DNA of 63,094 bases, filler included, from Octopus bimaculoides (GCF_001194135.2; 3 parts of 3 records of this genome joined end to end with filler, not necessarily neighbours in it); one strand, 5' to 3'. Shown: positions 39,601 to 54,189, numbered from the whole stretch's first letter. Numbers and translations are program-made. Notes: generated by a model not told the origin, from the sequence alone.

Positions 39601-42390
39601 TTCATTACAGATATATATAAATAAATAAAAGAAGCCACAATAATGCACATAAATGGAATTTCTTGTTTCTCCCTTCTCCAAATATTTAGCATTGCTGATC
39701 TCAAATTCTTCTTGACAGAAACCAGAGGAACCTACTTCAATGAATCTTGAGTAGTTTCAGAATTTAACTCCTTCATGTCACAGATTAGAGTTGATAATGG
39801 TTTATCAAACTTCAAAAAACAAAAAAATAAATAAATAAAAACTATAAAATTTATGATTGATAAATCACAACTGATTTGAGAAAAATAAAGAAATAATTAT
39901 TCTGAGAAAATATATCCATAACAATCCCAAACTTATGACATAAGACTCACAGATCCTATGACACACTGTGATAATCTCAGCCAACTAAAATTTTGTATCG
40001 GCACATGTATGTGTACATTTGCATTTATGTGAAATTATAAATTAATCTTTACATAATGAGGGACTACAATTAAGAACTATAAAATGAAAACAATAATGGT
40101 TGGGGGGAGGGGATCAATGAAACATGCAGCAATAGTCTGGTGCAAATGGAATAATGGGTTTGCAATATACCATTTTCCATTTCTCTATTTTTTTTAAAGG
40201 TATGCACACAAGATTTCATAAAATAAAATTGCATAGCTTTTAACCCACTTACAGGCAAGGTGTGTAAAACAAGGACCTATACCTTAAAATTAATACCCAC
40301 CTGAGAAAGTTCTTCTTCCTTCGTATAAACTGCATTGTAAGCATAGCAGTTGTCACACAGTTGCATCTACAGATAGAAATACACGGCCCCAACCCTGTTA
40401 GCAGCACTATACAGATAACAACAATAAATTATCAAACAAATGATTCCACAATAACAGCATGTGCAATGGTGCAATAACAGCTCTATTAGAGCATGACGCC
40501 CTTCAAAGTCAAATTTGCTGGGTTTCAAAATATGGCTTTTCTTCATTTTTTTTTTTTGTTTAATCACAGAAGAAAAATAATAAGGCAGCACCCATGACTA
40601 TAATCAAAGCCTCTGTAATGGATAGGAGGGTGGATGGAATTAACTTTAGACTAAAGACCTGACCTGACTCCTTGCAACAGAGTGAACTCTGCTAAGCATA
40701 CCTAAGCAATGGGGTTAAACCACATGAAAGATTATGATTAAAAATGAACAAATTGAAACAAATAATAGTACAACCAATAATGGTATCTAGATTTAAGTAA
40801 AAAAAATTATCTATTTTCAAACTTTATAAGGAGGAAAAATTATCAAAATATAATTCTGAATAATAACTTGAATTTGTTTTGGAAAAAGCTCCATAAGTTA
40901 CATAGAGAGAGTGCAATGTGCAGTAAACAGAAGACAAGATCCACTACTGTCTTTAGTCACACTGGCAGCATAGTACAGTGGGATTGATAAGAGGGAAGGA
41001 TTGAGTGGTGAGTAACAGGGGTCTGGGCACAGAAAGCAAGAGAAAAAAAGGCATATACATAAGGGACATGGGTGAGAGTATAAGAGATTATAAGTAATTA
41101 TCCCCTTAAAATAGCAGTGAAAACCAGTACAGTTTCACTTGTAGCACTTGACTCAATTGCCAGGAATCAGTTGTTGAATGTGAAGAATAATTTTACTAAC
41201 AAATATTTCTTCACTAAGCCAGATAAACATCACTAGTTATCAAAAGATCTTGAAGATTAACAGAAAAGAATTCAAATGAACTTGATTGCTTAACACTGGA
41301 ATGCTAATCTTTAACAACAGATTAAGGAAGTAAAATGCATGCAGTATCAAAGAGAAAAATTGAGATTTCAGAAATGAAACCATTTTGATATAGGAAGTTT
41401 CATGTGGACTAATTGTAGATTATCATTAAAACACCTCAATGAATAATTTGACAAGCTGAACTGAATGACCTAACTGCAAAGTTAGTAGCAATTCTAGTTA
41501 ATAGCGAAATAACTGGATAACAGGATTGTAAAATACCTGCTTCAGAACTTTGTGCAAAGGTTCAAATTTAGAAATTACACTGTGTTACACAATTTTTGTC
41601 CTTGGGTAGCAACTGTTATTTCCTATTTGCTTAGCCCTAGAAAATATGAAAAATGGCTAATATTTCCTTCAAACTTTACTTTTGCTACATTTATTCAATA
41701 TCACTCTCAACACATGGCTATGATATTCCCCCACTGCTCCTGCTCATGATCAGAGATGCACATATTGTCAGCCCCTAAGGGACATGCTCAACTGGTTATG
41801 GCCAAGCAACTGACAAGCAGATCTGCGCTATTGAGCAGAATATTTGCTATAACGATATTTCTGCTTCAGCAACTCAGCACTGAATCTGTCTGAAATGTAA
41901 TGGAAAATAGGTCAGTTTCAAAACATAGATGTCCAGGTCACAAAAGCAAAGTTTGAAGGGAAGAAAAGTCATTTCTTTTGATTTCTAGATAGAAGAACCT
42001 AGGAAGTAACATTTACTAACCAAAGATTAAAAAAATTCAAATTTTGTTACACAGTGTTATTCAGCCTTTGCCTGTCTTTCTCAAAGAAAATAAAAATAAA
42101 AGTATAACAAATAAAATGATTACTTTTAAAACTTTAAGCTTTTTAATACAAATCCCATTGGCACAGCTCAAATTAAGGCAATCAAATTTAAATTAAAATC
42201 TTACTTAATATCACATTACAACTTAAATGATACTGTGAAATAACATTTGGACAACACCAGCATAATATTCTACCTATATAAAATAGCAGCCAAATCTACC
42301 TCAAACTACATCTTGTGGTTTTATGAGAAAAAAGAAAATGACACATTTAGATCATGTAATCTGGATTGTCACAGCTGGAATACTTTAGAC

Positions 42391-42739
42391 CAGTGGTTCT
42401 CAACCATTTTTTTTACCTATGGACCCCTTTGACTACTATTCTATTCTGGTGGACCCCCCCAAAGCAATTCGATGTGTAAAAAATTAGTTTTATAGATGCT
42501 TCTTTCAAAATTCTTATTTGGTTTTTGACACAATAACTTGTGTAAGTTGACCTATGTAAAACGTTAGAGAAGGAAAACCTAGCTGTTTCTTGTAATAAAT
42601 GCATTTCAATGTATTTTTTCATAGACCTTTAAAATATTACTGTGGATCCCTAATTTACTATTTTGCTTCAAAAAAAAAAAATCTTACACGGACCCCCACC
42701 ACCACCAGGGGTCGTATAGACCCCAGTTTAGAATCACTG
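42391..42739. mobile_element. hAT-family MITE with 8-bp TSD
   Basis: Ends CAGTGGTTCTCAA and TTAGAATCACTG; ctttagac duplicated at 42383-42390 and 42740-42747. Confidence 0.92.
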
Positions 42740-43135
42740 CTTTAGACCATAAATCTGTTTGATCAGGGTTGACCTGGAATTAATCAACAACAAACAATAT
42801 ATACAGTTATTAAAAAACCCTTCCAAGATCTTGATTTAATTGAAACAAGCTGTCAACTCCTAAGGAATATAGCTGCAACAGGATTAAGCAATTTCTATGA
42901 GAAGGCTTACTCTACAGAAACTCTACAAAATATAACTTCCAAAATATTATTTGCTTGATTTTCTTTAAAAACATCCAGATTACATCATAGAAAGTAATTT
43001 ACTAACAGATTAATTGGAAGATGGTAGTTTAGGAAATTCCAAATTAAGACCATATTATGAATACACTAAAACTAATAAAACTTGTAGTGCTAGTTATTAG
43101 TGCAGAAAGTAAATAAAATAATGAAAAGTCCTTAC

Positions 43136-43275
43136 CTTGGAACTGTCAACAAGAACATGTATCCGAAAGAGAATGATATCATTTACAACAACATCTTCAT
43201 TACGATAAAGAATTTGAAAGGTCTTGCTAACAGCAACCCCATTGATAATACTAGCTGGAAGGACATGAGGGTTTT
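43136..43275 (-). CDS. FAM135A: FAM135-family protein, internal coding exon (140 nt)
   Basis: ttttcag acceptor and GTAAGG donor; encodes (E)NPHVLPASIINGVAVSKTFQILYRNEDVVVNDIILFRIHVLVDSSK, matching the FAM135 motif SKTFQILY(K/R)NE(E/D)V..ND; in phase with the 46265-46344 exon. The A/B paralogue label is nominal for an invertebrate. Confidence 0.92.
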
Positions 43276-44677
43276 CTGAAAACAAAAATAATAACAAAAT
43301 ATACAACAGGACAATTCAAAAGCAGAATGAATATAGTTATATTTTAATATACAAGAATAGACACACTTCTTACTGAATTATTTATATAATAGGAATATAA
43401 CAATTTGCATAATAAAAATGTATAAAGCCACTTCCTCCTCCCTAATCTCCACACACACACACACACACACAGAGTAATGGTGGGGTCCTGTCTTGCAACT
43501 TACTTAGCGACCTCATTTGTGCCAGTGGCATGATAAAAGCACCCAGTGGAGACCATAAGGTGGTTGGCATAAGGAAGGGCATCCAGCAATGGCAAATAAG
43601 CCATTGGAGCTCAGCATAGTCCAGCAGCCTGATGGATCCAGACAAACCAGCCAACCTATACCAGCATGGAAAACAGACATTAAATGATGATGATGATGTT
43701 ACCATGGCTCAGTATTCTAGTTCGATTTGAAGTGAAAGAACTGATAAATGTACAAAAGTAGAAGACATCAATGATGCCAGTATGTTAAGTCCAGAAGCAT
43801 TTTATTTCACTATATGAGGAATTAGATACCTACTTTCCTAAGATTAGTGAATTTGACTATCAATTCATTCAATCTGTTCCAGACAAACTGCAATAAGAAT
43901 AAGAATTTATGGAATATATAAATGAATCCAGAGCAAAAGATCTTTTTCAACCTCTTCCTCGACAAAATTCTGGTATTCTTTGATTAGGAAGTGTGTAGAG
44001 AACCTATAGCTGTTCCTGTCTGCTCGTCATTGTAAACACAAGCTTTCAGCAATGTTTACAACCAGAAACTTGTATTTAATGACGTCAACTGTGAATATTA
44101 TAAGGGTGTAACTCTCTGAAGTTGTACCTAAAATTAAGTTACTTGTAAGAAAGAGCTAAGCTCATTTATCTCATTAAAAATGTAACGTTAAATTAAATGA
44201 AACTGATTTCTTACACAGGCACAGACAAGAAAGTTTAGGGGAAATAACAGTCAATTATATCAACCTTGGAAGGATATGAGCCCTTTAAATTAAGTTAAAT
44301 TAAATCAAATTAAAAACAAATAATACATGTTAATTTCCTGTTGTATGGTATCCAACCATGTAACACTATATTCTTCAAACAGGGCACACCAACACTACTG
44401 AACACATTAAAAGTGGTATGCTGAAGACAAAGTTTGAGAAACTTTGCTTTATGTAGTCGCTCAACCTGCTAGAAATAATAGCCAAAATCTCCCTCAAAAC
44501 ACATGCTACCATCTTAGAAGACATACCTAGTCTTGGATTCCTTACATCTAAGAGAGAGATGAGATGGTTATGGCTGGAGTGCCAATCAACCACTAATTAC
44601 ACAGAAATATGGACATAACAATAGCTAATATTGATGGTAGTATTTATACTCAGAAATATCACAGTTCTATTTATAAG

Positions 44678-44880
44678 ATGGCGAGCTGGCAGAATCATTA
44701 ACATGCCAGGCAAAATGCATAGAAGCATTTTCATCGTCTTTAAGTTCTGAATTCAAATTACACTGAGGTTAATTTTGTCTTTCATCCTTTCGGGGTCGAT
44801 AAAATAAGTATCAGGTTAATATAATTGGCTTACCTCGTCCCCTGAAATTGCTGGCCTTCTGCCAGAATTTGAAACCAATA
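44678..44880 (+). mobile_element. MetaSINE, decayed
   Basis: gcgagctggcagaatc head and tttcatcctttcggggtcgataaaataagta domain. Confidence 0.85.
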
Positions 44881-46264
44881 TTACATTTGTAGATTGCACT
44901 TTGCACTAAACTAAACCTAATTTTAGATGATTAGACCACCACTAGGCAATGGGTATCAATGTGAAAATAAGCAAATACAAACAGAAACCAACACATATGT
45001 GGGTGCATTCATACACACAGAGCCTTAGAGTTCTTGTAAATAGACAAGGGCATTTGCCCTTCTGCCTCTAACTTTCAAAAATAATAAACCATACATAAAA
45101 AGCATCCAGTCCACACTGTAAAGTGGTTGGCATTTGGAAGGGCATCCAGCTGTAAAAATCATACCAAAACTAACCTTGCCTGTGCTAGTGCCCTGTAAAA
45201 AGCATTGAGTCCATTCTGCAGAATGGTTGGTGTTAGGAAGGGTATCCAGCCATAAAAACCCAGCCAAAATAGACACAGTAGCAAAGGGTAGGTTTTCTAA
45301 CTGGCCAGCTTCTGTGAACTGTCCAACCCATGCATGCATGGAAGATGGACGTGAGACGATGATGATGATAGTGATAACAACTACAGATAACAACAGAAAC
45401 ATTTTATAGACCATTTTGTACTTTACAAAAACATGCAATATTTTCCCTATCATTTCTGACAGGTGATCATCCCACTAAGTGTGTTCAAATACAATTAAAA
45501 ATTAACTAATGTATTTGCTCTTGTTTTGAAATAGAGTCTTTAATGTATCCCTTTACATATACAAATTTAAATAAATAATGAAATATGCTTGATCAATTTG
45601 GTATACACTATTAGTAATCAACAAGGCATGGTCACTTCAAAATAAAACTGATAGAGATTTAAGACAGTTCTGATAACTTTATGGTAATCTCTTCAGTGTT
45701 GGTGTCATAAGAAACATACGAAGTCCATTCTATCACAACAGTTAAAACTGAAGTGGGAGAAAAAGAAGATATTGTATCTAGAAAGCTAATATCTTTCAGC
45801 CAAGGCAAAATCTCATCACTATCATCATTTATTGAGACAGATTTTCTCTGGTTGGACGCAGCCCTTTCTGTTGTCAACCACTACCATTTCCAAGCAAGAT
45901 ATTTCCTCATGATCAGACAAGTTTTCACAGAATATTGAAAATTAATGACATTCATTTACAGCAACCACACAATATCAAGACAAGGAGACACAAATATATA
46001 TAATTTAAATAATGAAAGTTCATTTGTCCTCAATTCTTGAAATCAGCTGTTGCGTGAACAAGTACAGGATTAGATTTAATGAAATGACAGAATTTACTGA
46101 AAAAAAGTACCCTACTATGTTGTTGCTGCAACTTGATCACATTCTTTCAGAAACCATAATCATAAAATCAAAAGAAACTATGCTAGCAAAGTTTTAACCA
46201 TGACAGCATGGAAAAACAGACATCAAGCAATAGCAATTACGCATAAAGATACTGAAAAACATAC

Positions 46265-46344
46265 CTGTATTTTTGGGAAGAGAGACTTCAGTTTTACATG
46301 GTAATTTTGCAGGTGTCTTTAAACCAACTCGTACCTGATAATAC
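46265..46344 (-). CDS. FAM135A: FAM135-family protein, internal coding exon (80 nt)
   Basis: ttttttccag acceptor and GTATGT donor; encodes (G)YYQVRVGLKTPAKLPCKTEVSLPKNT, matching the FAM135 N-terminal G(Y/F)YQIR segment; splices in frame to 43275. Confidence 0.9.
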
Positions 46345-46584
46345 CTGGAAAAAAAATAATAAACATTAAGAAAACAAAAGTACTTACAAAACCATGCTCT
46401 TTATCATTATATTATATTGATAAATATAATGGAATTCTTGAAAGGTTCATATGGAACTTTACATACATTGATTTTTTTTTTTTTTTTCTTCTTCTTAAAT
46501 AACCAATTCACAAGATATTTTCTGAGTGAAATTATAGAACAGCAAATACATGTTAAAGTAATTGAAACATATATTTGTAGATAT

Positions 46585-46960
46585 AGGCACAAGCGTGGTT
46601 GAGTAGTAAGAAGTTTGCTTCCTAACCATGTGGTTCTGGGTTCAATCTCAGTGTGTGGCACCTTGTGAAGGTGTCTTCTAATATAGCCTCGGGTCGACCA
46701 AAATGTTGTGGGTGGATTTGGTAGAGAGAAACTGAAAGAAGCCCACCAAGTATGTGTACATGCATGTGTGTGTGTGTTTGTCCCCCACTACTGCTTGTTG
46801 GTATGTTTACGTTCCCGTAACTTAGCAGTTCAGCAAAAGAAACCAATAGAATAAGGACCAGCCTTTACAAAAAATAAGTACTGAGTTTCATTTGTTTGAC
46901 TAAAATTCTCCGAGGAGGTACCCCAGCATGGCCACAGTCTAATGACTGTAACAAGTAAAA
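46585..46960 (+). mobile_element. CORE-type SINE
   Basis: Head, core and ccccagcatggccacagtc tail present. Confidence 0.85.
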
Positions 46961-48679
46961 GATAGAAAATAGAAAATAAAAGCTAACAACAAAATTAGAA
47001 TTCATCCTCATCCTTCTCCCTTCATCATTTTACATTCACTTTTCCATGCCTGCATGGGTCAGTGGAGACTACACTGGATCAGAGTTTCTACAACTGGATG
47101 CCCCTCCTGATGCCAACACACATCTGCACTGGCAACGACCTCGCTCGAATATTTTTTCATGTGCCAAGGCACAAGTGCCAGTAAGGTGACACTGGTAACA
47201 ATCACGCTCGAATAGTGCTTTGACAGGCTTCTTCAGGTTCTGTCAGAAAACTTTGCTCCTAAGGTATTAGTCAACTTGTGGCTTTAGTATAGAACACCAG
47301 CTACGAAGGAGGATGGGACTGAACCCCAATCCATTTAGTTCCCCAACAAACTTCTTAACCACACAGCCATGCAGACATTACTAGAAGTCTATAGAAGAAA
47401 CATTAGAGCATAAGCTTCTCAGTTTTTATATTAGGAATGGAAACTAGTTTCTTTTCCATTGTTTTTTAATGCTATATCAGTGTGGCTTCATGACTATAAT
47501 TATTATAGCCATGAGTTATATACCTTTCTATGAATAGATAAGTGTGAAGTCTCTCACACTATCTCATCTACAATTAGACTATATCAGGACAATCCCCCAT
47601 TTCTTTTCTGTCGATTTGTTTACATTTGTCTAAGTCTGTTCAATTATACATCACAGTGATAGCTAAATAACTTGTGTGGCTTTATATACATTTCAGAATA
47701 TTGAACACACACCATTTATTGTATCAATAATTAATAACATTTGCTAGCTACATAGTCAATATTATTAATAATACTGACTACATAACCAGCACAAACACTA
47801 TTTATGGCAACTAGACTAACAAAATTTGTAAAAACATACCATCTACTGGCAAGAAATAGTTATCTATCTCTCTCTCTCTCTTCCCTCTGCTCAGACAGAA
47901 GCAGATGTCTGTTCTCTGAAGAGATCCCAACTAGGATCAAAATTCAGGTCAAGTCAATCTCTTTTTTTTTTTTGTCATCTGCTTACATTTCTTGCAGTGT
48001 ATTTAACCCTTTCTTTACCATGTTTATTTTGAGATGCTCTGTGCTTCTTTCAATTAATTTTAAATATAACAGAGAAATTACTAAAATAACTTAGTTATCA
48101 TTAAGCTAGGGTTAGGAACATAAATTGTGACTAAGGTTTGGTGGAAGATTTTAATGCAAAACTTATGAAAACAAGACATTTCTACTACAGAGCCAGATGT
48201 GGTTTCAGCCATGTTGATATCGAAAGGGTTAATTACAAATCACAGAGATGGTTAAAAATCTGGTGCTGTTTATAAAGGTATACCATATCATACATTTCAA
48301 AGGTCACAAGCAAAAGATATTAAGAAACAAGCTCGATAAGAATAAATACTCATTTTCATTATAAAATAAGAACAAAAATACTAATCTCAGAAAATCTGTA
48401 TTGATCAGAAAACAGCAACATATTAATAATGACTTGAACAAGCTCTGCAAAAACACTTCTATTTACAAAAGCGTGTAATTCATGTACATTTAATTATAGC
48501 TGAAACTTAAGCCTTTTGTTACCATATTTCTGTTGAAATACACTGCATATATTTCAGTTCATTTTGAAAATATATGATAAAGAGTTCAGTAAAATAACTT
48601 TGTCATTTTTAAGCTGGTGTTTGGAGCATAAATGAACATGCAATTTTGATGCAAGGTTTTAATTTACATCACATAAGCT

Positions 48680-48897
48680 TTTTAGCATTTAAACTGGTCA
48701 CATCTGGCTCAAATATTCTATCTATTTTATGTGCAAACTGGCCAGATCCAGCCTCTCACTCCTACCCTAAAAGGTTGTTCTAAAAATAAACAATCACATC
48801 ATCAAAATCTCAACACTACCAGATAATGCATGATTAATTCAAAACAATGTGAATGAATATGGAGAACATTTGACAGACTAATTTGAATGTTAAAGGG
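48680..48897. mobile_element. piggyBac-like MITE, inverted relative of 36639-36854
   Basis: tttagcatttaaa..aatgttaaaggg followed by ttaa; internal sequence homologous to the other copy. Confidence 0.7.
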
Positions 48898-49210
48898 TTA
48901 AAGCAGTAAATTTATATCATACAACCATGAGCAGTCTCTGAGGGGTTAGTATCAAAAAGGTTAAGAGAAAGGAAAAAAAAGGGGCAGAGATTAGATTGAA
49001 ATCTCTTATTATTTGCTGATACTATGCAGTGCCCTCCTCTACCTAAACATGTGACATTCAGAAATATCCAAAGAATGTCACTAATACAAGATTTAGTAAT
49101 CCAATACATTTTGGAGGAGAACAAGTTTAGAAGACTACCCATATTCTAGAAACATAACAGCTTCTTTAGAATCCCATGAAGATATTTTTTTTTCCCAATA
49201 AGTCAGTCAA

Positions 49211-49255
<45 letters not shown>

Positions 49256-49841
49256 ATAAATAAATTCAAAAAGGGATAAAACTCTTTTACAAGAATTTTA
49301 TCAAGAAGCCAGTGTGTAAAAAAATTCATAAGGGAAATTTCTATTCCCAAGAATATAATTATTTGTTTATATTTATATAAAGGGAATTATTACATATATA
49401 TATATATATTTCGAAATAATAAATCTATAAGATTAAACCAAAATAAATATTTCTAAAAAACATACAATTTCTTGTTAAGATTACAGAAATTAAAAGATTT
49501 TTAATTTAATTTTCGTTTCTTTTCTTTTTTATTTTTTCAGTAATAAAGCATCCTATAGAAGCCAGGATATGCTATATTACTAAAGTAATTAATACCATAG
49601 CAATTACTGATACAGAATTTTTTTTTTTTTTTTTTCTCATGAAATTTTAGAGGAAATGCTAGCTATCAATGGGAGTGAAAGCTATTTAAAGAAAAGATAA
49701 CTTATTAATATTTCACTGCAGCTATTGTTTCAAAGTTCAAATTTCTGGGTGTTTTCTCATTTTTACAAAGATTCAAACACACCCACATATAAATATATTT
49801 ACTACACACTTATATGTATGTATATACACATACATAAATAT

Positions 49842-49874
<33 letters not shown>

Positions 49875-50440
49875 TGAGCCTCACAGAGGCAATGACAATT
49901 GACTGAAACCTTTGGTGATATGCCGTGCTTAAGAAGACCCAGCAAGCCAAGTGAGATGATAGTCATGATCAATGTCAGTGTCGCATAACTGGCCCGTTTA
50001 AAAGCACCCTTCACCCGTTGGGCAATACGCCAAACTTGTGAAGATCTGTTGAACCAAGTAAAATCATAGTCATGGCCGATGCTAGTGCCTCCTGACTGGC
50101 ACCCATGCCAGTGGCACGTAAATAGCACCATTTGAGCATGGCTGATGCCAGTGCCACCTAACTGGCAAGTAAAAAGTACCATTCGAACGTAGCTGATGCC
50201 AGTGTCGCCTGATTGGCACCATCTGAACATGACTGATGCCAGTGCCGCCTGACTGGTTCCTGTGCCGGTGGCATGTAAAAAGCACCCTCTACACTCTCAG
50301 AGTGGTTGATGTTAGGAAGGGTATCCAGCTGTAGAAATCTTGCCAAATCAGACTGGAACCTGGTGCAGCCTCCTAGTTTGCCAGTTCTCAGTCAAGCTGT
50401 CCAACCCATGCCTGCATGGAAAGCGGACATTAAATGACAA
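49875..50440 (+). mobile_element. RTE LINE 3' end (ORF2 tail, tandem array, terminal segment)
   Basis: Begins in sequence homologous to 52100-52170 and continues into repeated units and the ggaagggtatcc tail. Confidence 0.85.
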
Positions 50441-50475
50441 TGACAATGACACACATATTCACTTACACACACTTT

Positions 50476-50511
<36 letters not shown>

Positions 50512-51481
50512 TTTACTTTTAGAGTACTATTCCATTATTTCAAGTTTTGTACCAAAAAGCATTCCTCACATGATGTATCAACAATGAAAATTTTAATGAT
50601 AATGGAATTGTTGACATTCAGCATCAAGAGATGATCTGTTATAAAATTATGATCAGTTTACAGAAATACAGTTGTGTTTTTGAAACTGGTACACCAATTG
50701 CATTTCATTCCACTGAATTCTTCAGGTAAAATTGCTCTAATGGTGGCATTTGCATACTATTTCTGCATCTTTGTTTAAAGCGTGAGTTTACATGTTTATT
50801 ATATGATTTTTCTCGGCAGTGCATAGTTTGCATTACCTTGTCACATTATGGTGGTTCAATATTAGTTAACACATCAGTCTTTCAGTATTCACAGAAGTTA
50901 TTTCCAGCACAAACTCAACTCAGACATAAAGACAACTAGGAAATCCAGCAGACTACATAAATTTGCAGACAAAACCAAAAACATGAAGTAGATAAGAACA
51001 ACAATGAACTCCTAACAAAACAACATATAGGAAAATAAACATCAATACCTGCAATGAAAGACATCAGTAAGGAAAAGCTTATAACAGCTAATCTACCATC
51101 AAACAAAAAGATAAAATGCTAAGGCAAACAAAAGTTATATAACACCCAAATTGACTGCAAGCAAACTTTTCCTGTAAACCCAAATTGCAGGCTGCTAAGT
51201 CCTGTGAATAATGAATTTTGTGTAGTTAGTAAACACATTAAATGATATTATTGACAAAAGCCACCAACATATGGCATTGAAATAACAGAAATATCCTAAC
51301 TGCATAGTACCAAGAATAAGTATAGAAACAAATTCACTCATTTCAACATTGTAGAGTTCTACCCATTTATTTCTAAAAACTTTTCTCACAAAGACACTGA
51401 AATCTATAAAGAAACACAGTGCTATCAATGACAATGATGTTAGTATAGTAATTCCGGATGGGGGTATAGAAATGCTATACC

Positions 51482-51523
<42 letters not shown>

Positions 51524-51524
51524 T

Positions 51525-52655
51525 GAAAATGTGCAGAGAACAGCTTCCGTCACATTCCAGGGGGAAAAACCAAAAGTAGTTGATAGCTTCCATTACCATG
51601 GTGACCAAGTCAGTAGTGGGGGTGGATGCTCTGAAAGTGTAGCTGCTAGAATAAGAATAGCCAGGGCAAAGTTCAGAGAGCTCCTACTTCTGCTGGTAAC
51701 AAAGGGCCTCTCATTCAGAGTAAAAGGTAGACTTTTATGTAAAAGGTAGACACACATGATGCATGTGTGTGAACAGCCATGCTACATGGCAGTAAAACAT
51801 GGGCTGTGACTGCTGAGGACATGTGTAAGCTTGCAAGGAATGAAGCCAGTATTCTCCGATGGATGTATAATGTCAGTGTGCATACACAACAGAGTGCAAG
51901 CACCCTGAGAGAAAAGTTGGACATAAGAAGCATCAGATGTGGTGTGCAAGAGAGACAACTGCGCTGGTATGGACATATGTTGCGAATGGATGAGGACAGC
52001 TGTGTGAAAAAGTGTCACACCCTAGCAGTTGAGGGAACCTGTGGAAGAGGTAGACCCAGGAAAACCTGGGATGAGGTGGTGAAGCACAACCTTTGAACAT
52101 TGGGCCTCACCAAAGCAAAGACAAGTGACCAAGACCTTTGGAGATATGCTGTGCTTGAGAAGACCCAGCAAACCAAGGGAGCCCATAACCATGGCCTATG
52201 CCAGTGCTGTATAACCAGCCCATTTAAGAGTACCCGGACAATAAACTACACTTGCGAAGACCTGTTGAGGCAAGTGAAATCACTGTTCTAGCCAATGACA
52301 GTACCGCCTGATAAGCACCTGTGCCAGTGGAACGTTAAGAGCACCATTTGAGTGTGATCATTGCCAGGGCTGCTGACTGGCTCCTGTGCTGTTGGCACAT
52401 AAAAAGCACCATTCGAGCATGATTTTTGCCAGTGCCACCGGACTGGCTCCTGTGTAGGTGGCACGTAAAAAGCACCTGACTGGCCCTCATGCCGGTGGCA
52501 CATAAAAGCATCCACTTCACTCTCGAAGTGGTTGGTGTTAGGAAGGGCATCAGATCAGATTGGAAACTGGTGCAGCTTTCTGGCTCGCCAGTCCTCAGTT
52601 AAACCATCCAGCCCATGCCAGCATCGAAAGTGGACGTTAAACGATGATGATGATA
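51525..52655 (+). mobile_element. 5'-truncated RTE LINE (ORF2 C-terminus and 3' UTR)
   Basis: VVDSFHYHGDQVSSGGGCSESVAARIRIARAKFREL; MLHGSKTW; RQLRWYGHMLRMDED..GRGRPRKTWDEVV; then the tandem array and (ATG)n tail. Confidence 0.93.
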
Positions 52656-53626
52656 TATTTATACATATATATAGCACCATCAGAACCATATTACAAAGAC
52701 TAAGCTTCCCCTTCAGGGGTAGCAATAACTTCATGCAATGAAATATTGTTTACATATATTGGACTGTGCAGCTGCTAGACCCATTTGCCAATACATTAAA
52801 ACCACTGGCTCGCAAACATTCTACTTCCTTTCTCTGCTTCTTCTGTCTCAACTACAATTACTGCTGCTTCTTTGAACCTAATTGCACACCCCCATCTCAG
52901 ATCTCACATTAAGCTTTACTAAACACATCACACTTTACTAAACACTGAGCCTTATGAAGGAGATGACAAAGGATCAAGATACCTGGCACCTTGCTGTATT
53001 CAAGAAAACCTATCCACCACACCAGAATTGATACTAGTGCTGGTGTCCCATTAAAAGTACTTATGCTGGTACCACATCAAAAGCACCAGTACACTCTGTA
53101 AAGGGTTTAGCATTAGGAAGGCATCTGACCACAGAAATCACAGTCAGAACAAGCAAAGGAGCCTGGTGGGCCCCAGCCCCAGCCTTACCAGTTCCTGTCA
53201 AACCATCCAGCCCATGTGAGCATGGAAAACAGACGTATGATGATGATAATTTTCCAATCTTTCCCTTTACATGTTGACCAACCTATATTCAAATTGAACA
53301 TCAGCCTCAACAATATCACCAGTCTAGGTGGCCTCAAAGTAATCCTGAATACTGCTACAATTTCATGCCTTAAAATATTATGCATAACACACACACACAC
53401 ACACACACACATATATGCACATATAGTTGTCGATTCTGATTAACTGACTCAGCTGTTTATTTGGAATACACTGCTATTTAAACAGGACAGCTGCTACAAT
53501 GTGGCACATTCATGATATATGGAGCAAAGGGTAAGCTACAGGTACCATAACTGGATTTCAGTATGGGATATCATTCCATAGTATTGGCATAAACAATAAG
53601 TTAGCTTTCAAAACACTAGTTCTCAT

Positions 53627-53628
<2 letters not shown>

Positions 53629-53724
<96 letters not shown>

Positions 53725-53730
53725 CTCTCT
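53629..53730. repeat. (CT)n microsatellite
   Basis: Directly visible. Confidence 0.97.
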
Positions 53731-54189
53731 CAGAAATAAATGGATAGAGATGACTGAGGGACATAGACAAGTATCAAGTCAAGCAGAAAGCAGTAAAATT
53801 GCAACAGCTTTGTTATTTAGCAAACTGACTGTTCTATTATTTCTAGCATAATCTGTGTCAGTTGGCAATTTAGATGTTCCTTTGAAATTGTTGATACAGA
53901 ATACAGACTTTATTTGTCTGCATCAATATGGTAATCCAGAGTGAAAAATTAAGAGCAAAATAAAAATAGAAAAATCAAAGAAGAAAGTCAATGTATCACA
54001 TCCAGAAGGAAAGGAAGAGGTACTGATATGAGGGGGGTGGGCTGAAAAGTTCATAGGCTGACTATGAAGGAGAGATGCTACAGCTGTAAAATTTTCTATG
54101 CATTAATTTCAACTCTTCTTATTGATAATTACATTGTTTCTTTCCAGGTAAACTGACATTTGACTGTTCAAAGACGACTTCAAAACTAA

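Noticed and set aside
39736-39809. Minus-strand open stretch (FDKPLSTLICDMKELNSETTQDSL) as the next FAM135 exon
   Set aside because: Weak GAAG acceptor and no similarity to the expected FAM135 segment.
41537-41637. Minus-strand segment with good acceptor and donor sites
   Set aside because: Stop codons in all three frames.
45659-45960. Minus-strand ORF inside the FAM135 intron
   Set aside because: The flanking exons already splice in frame, and it has no motif or convincing splice sites.
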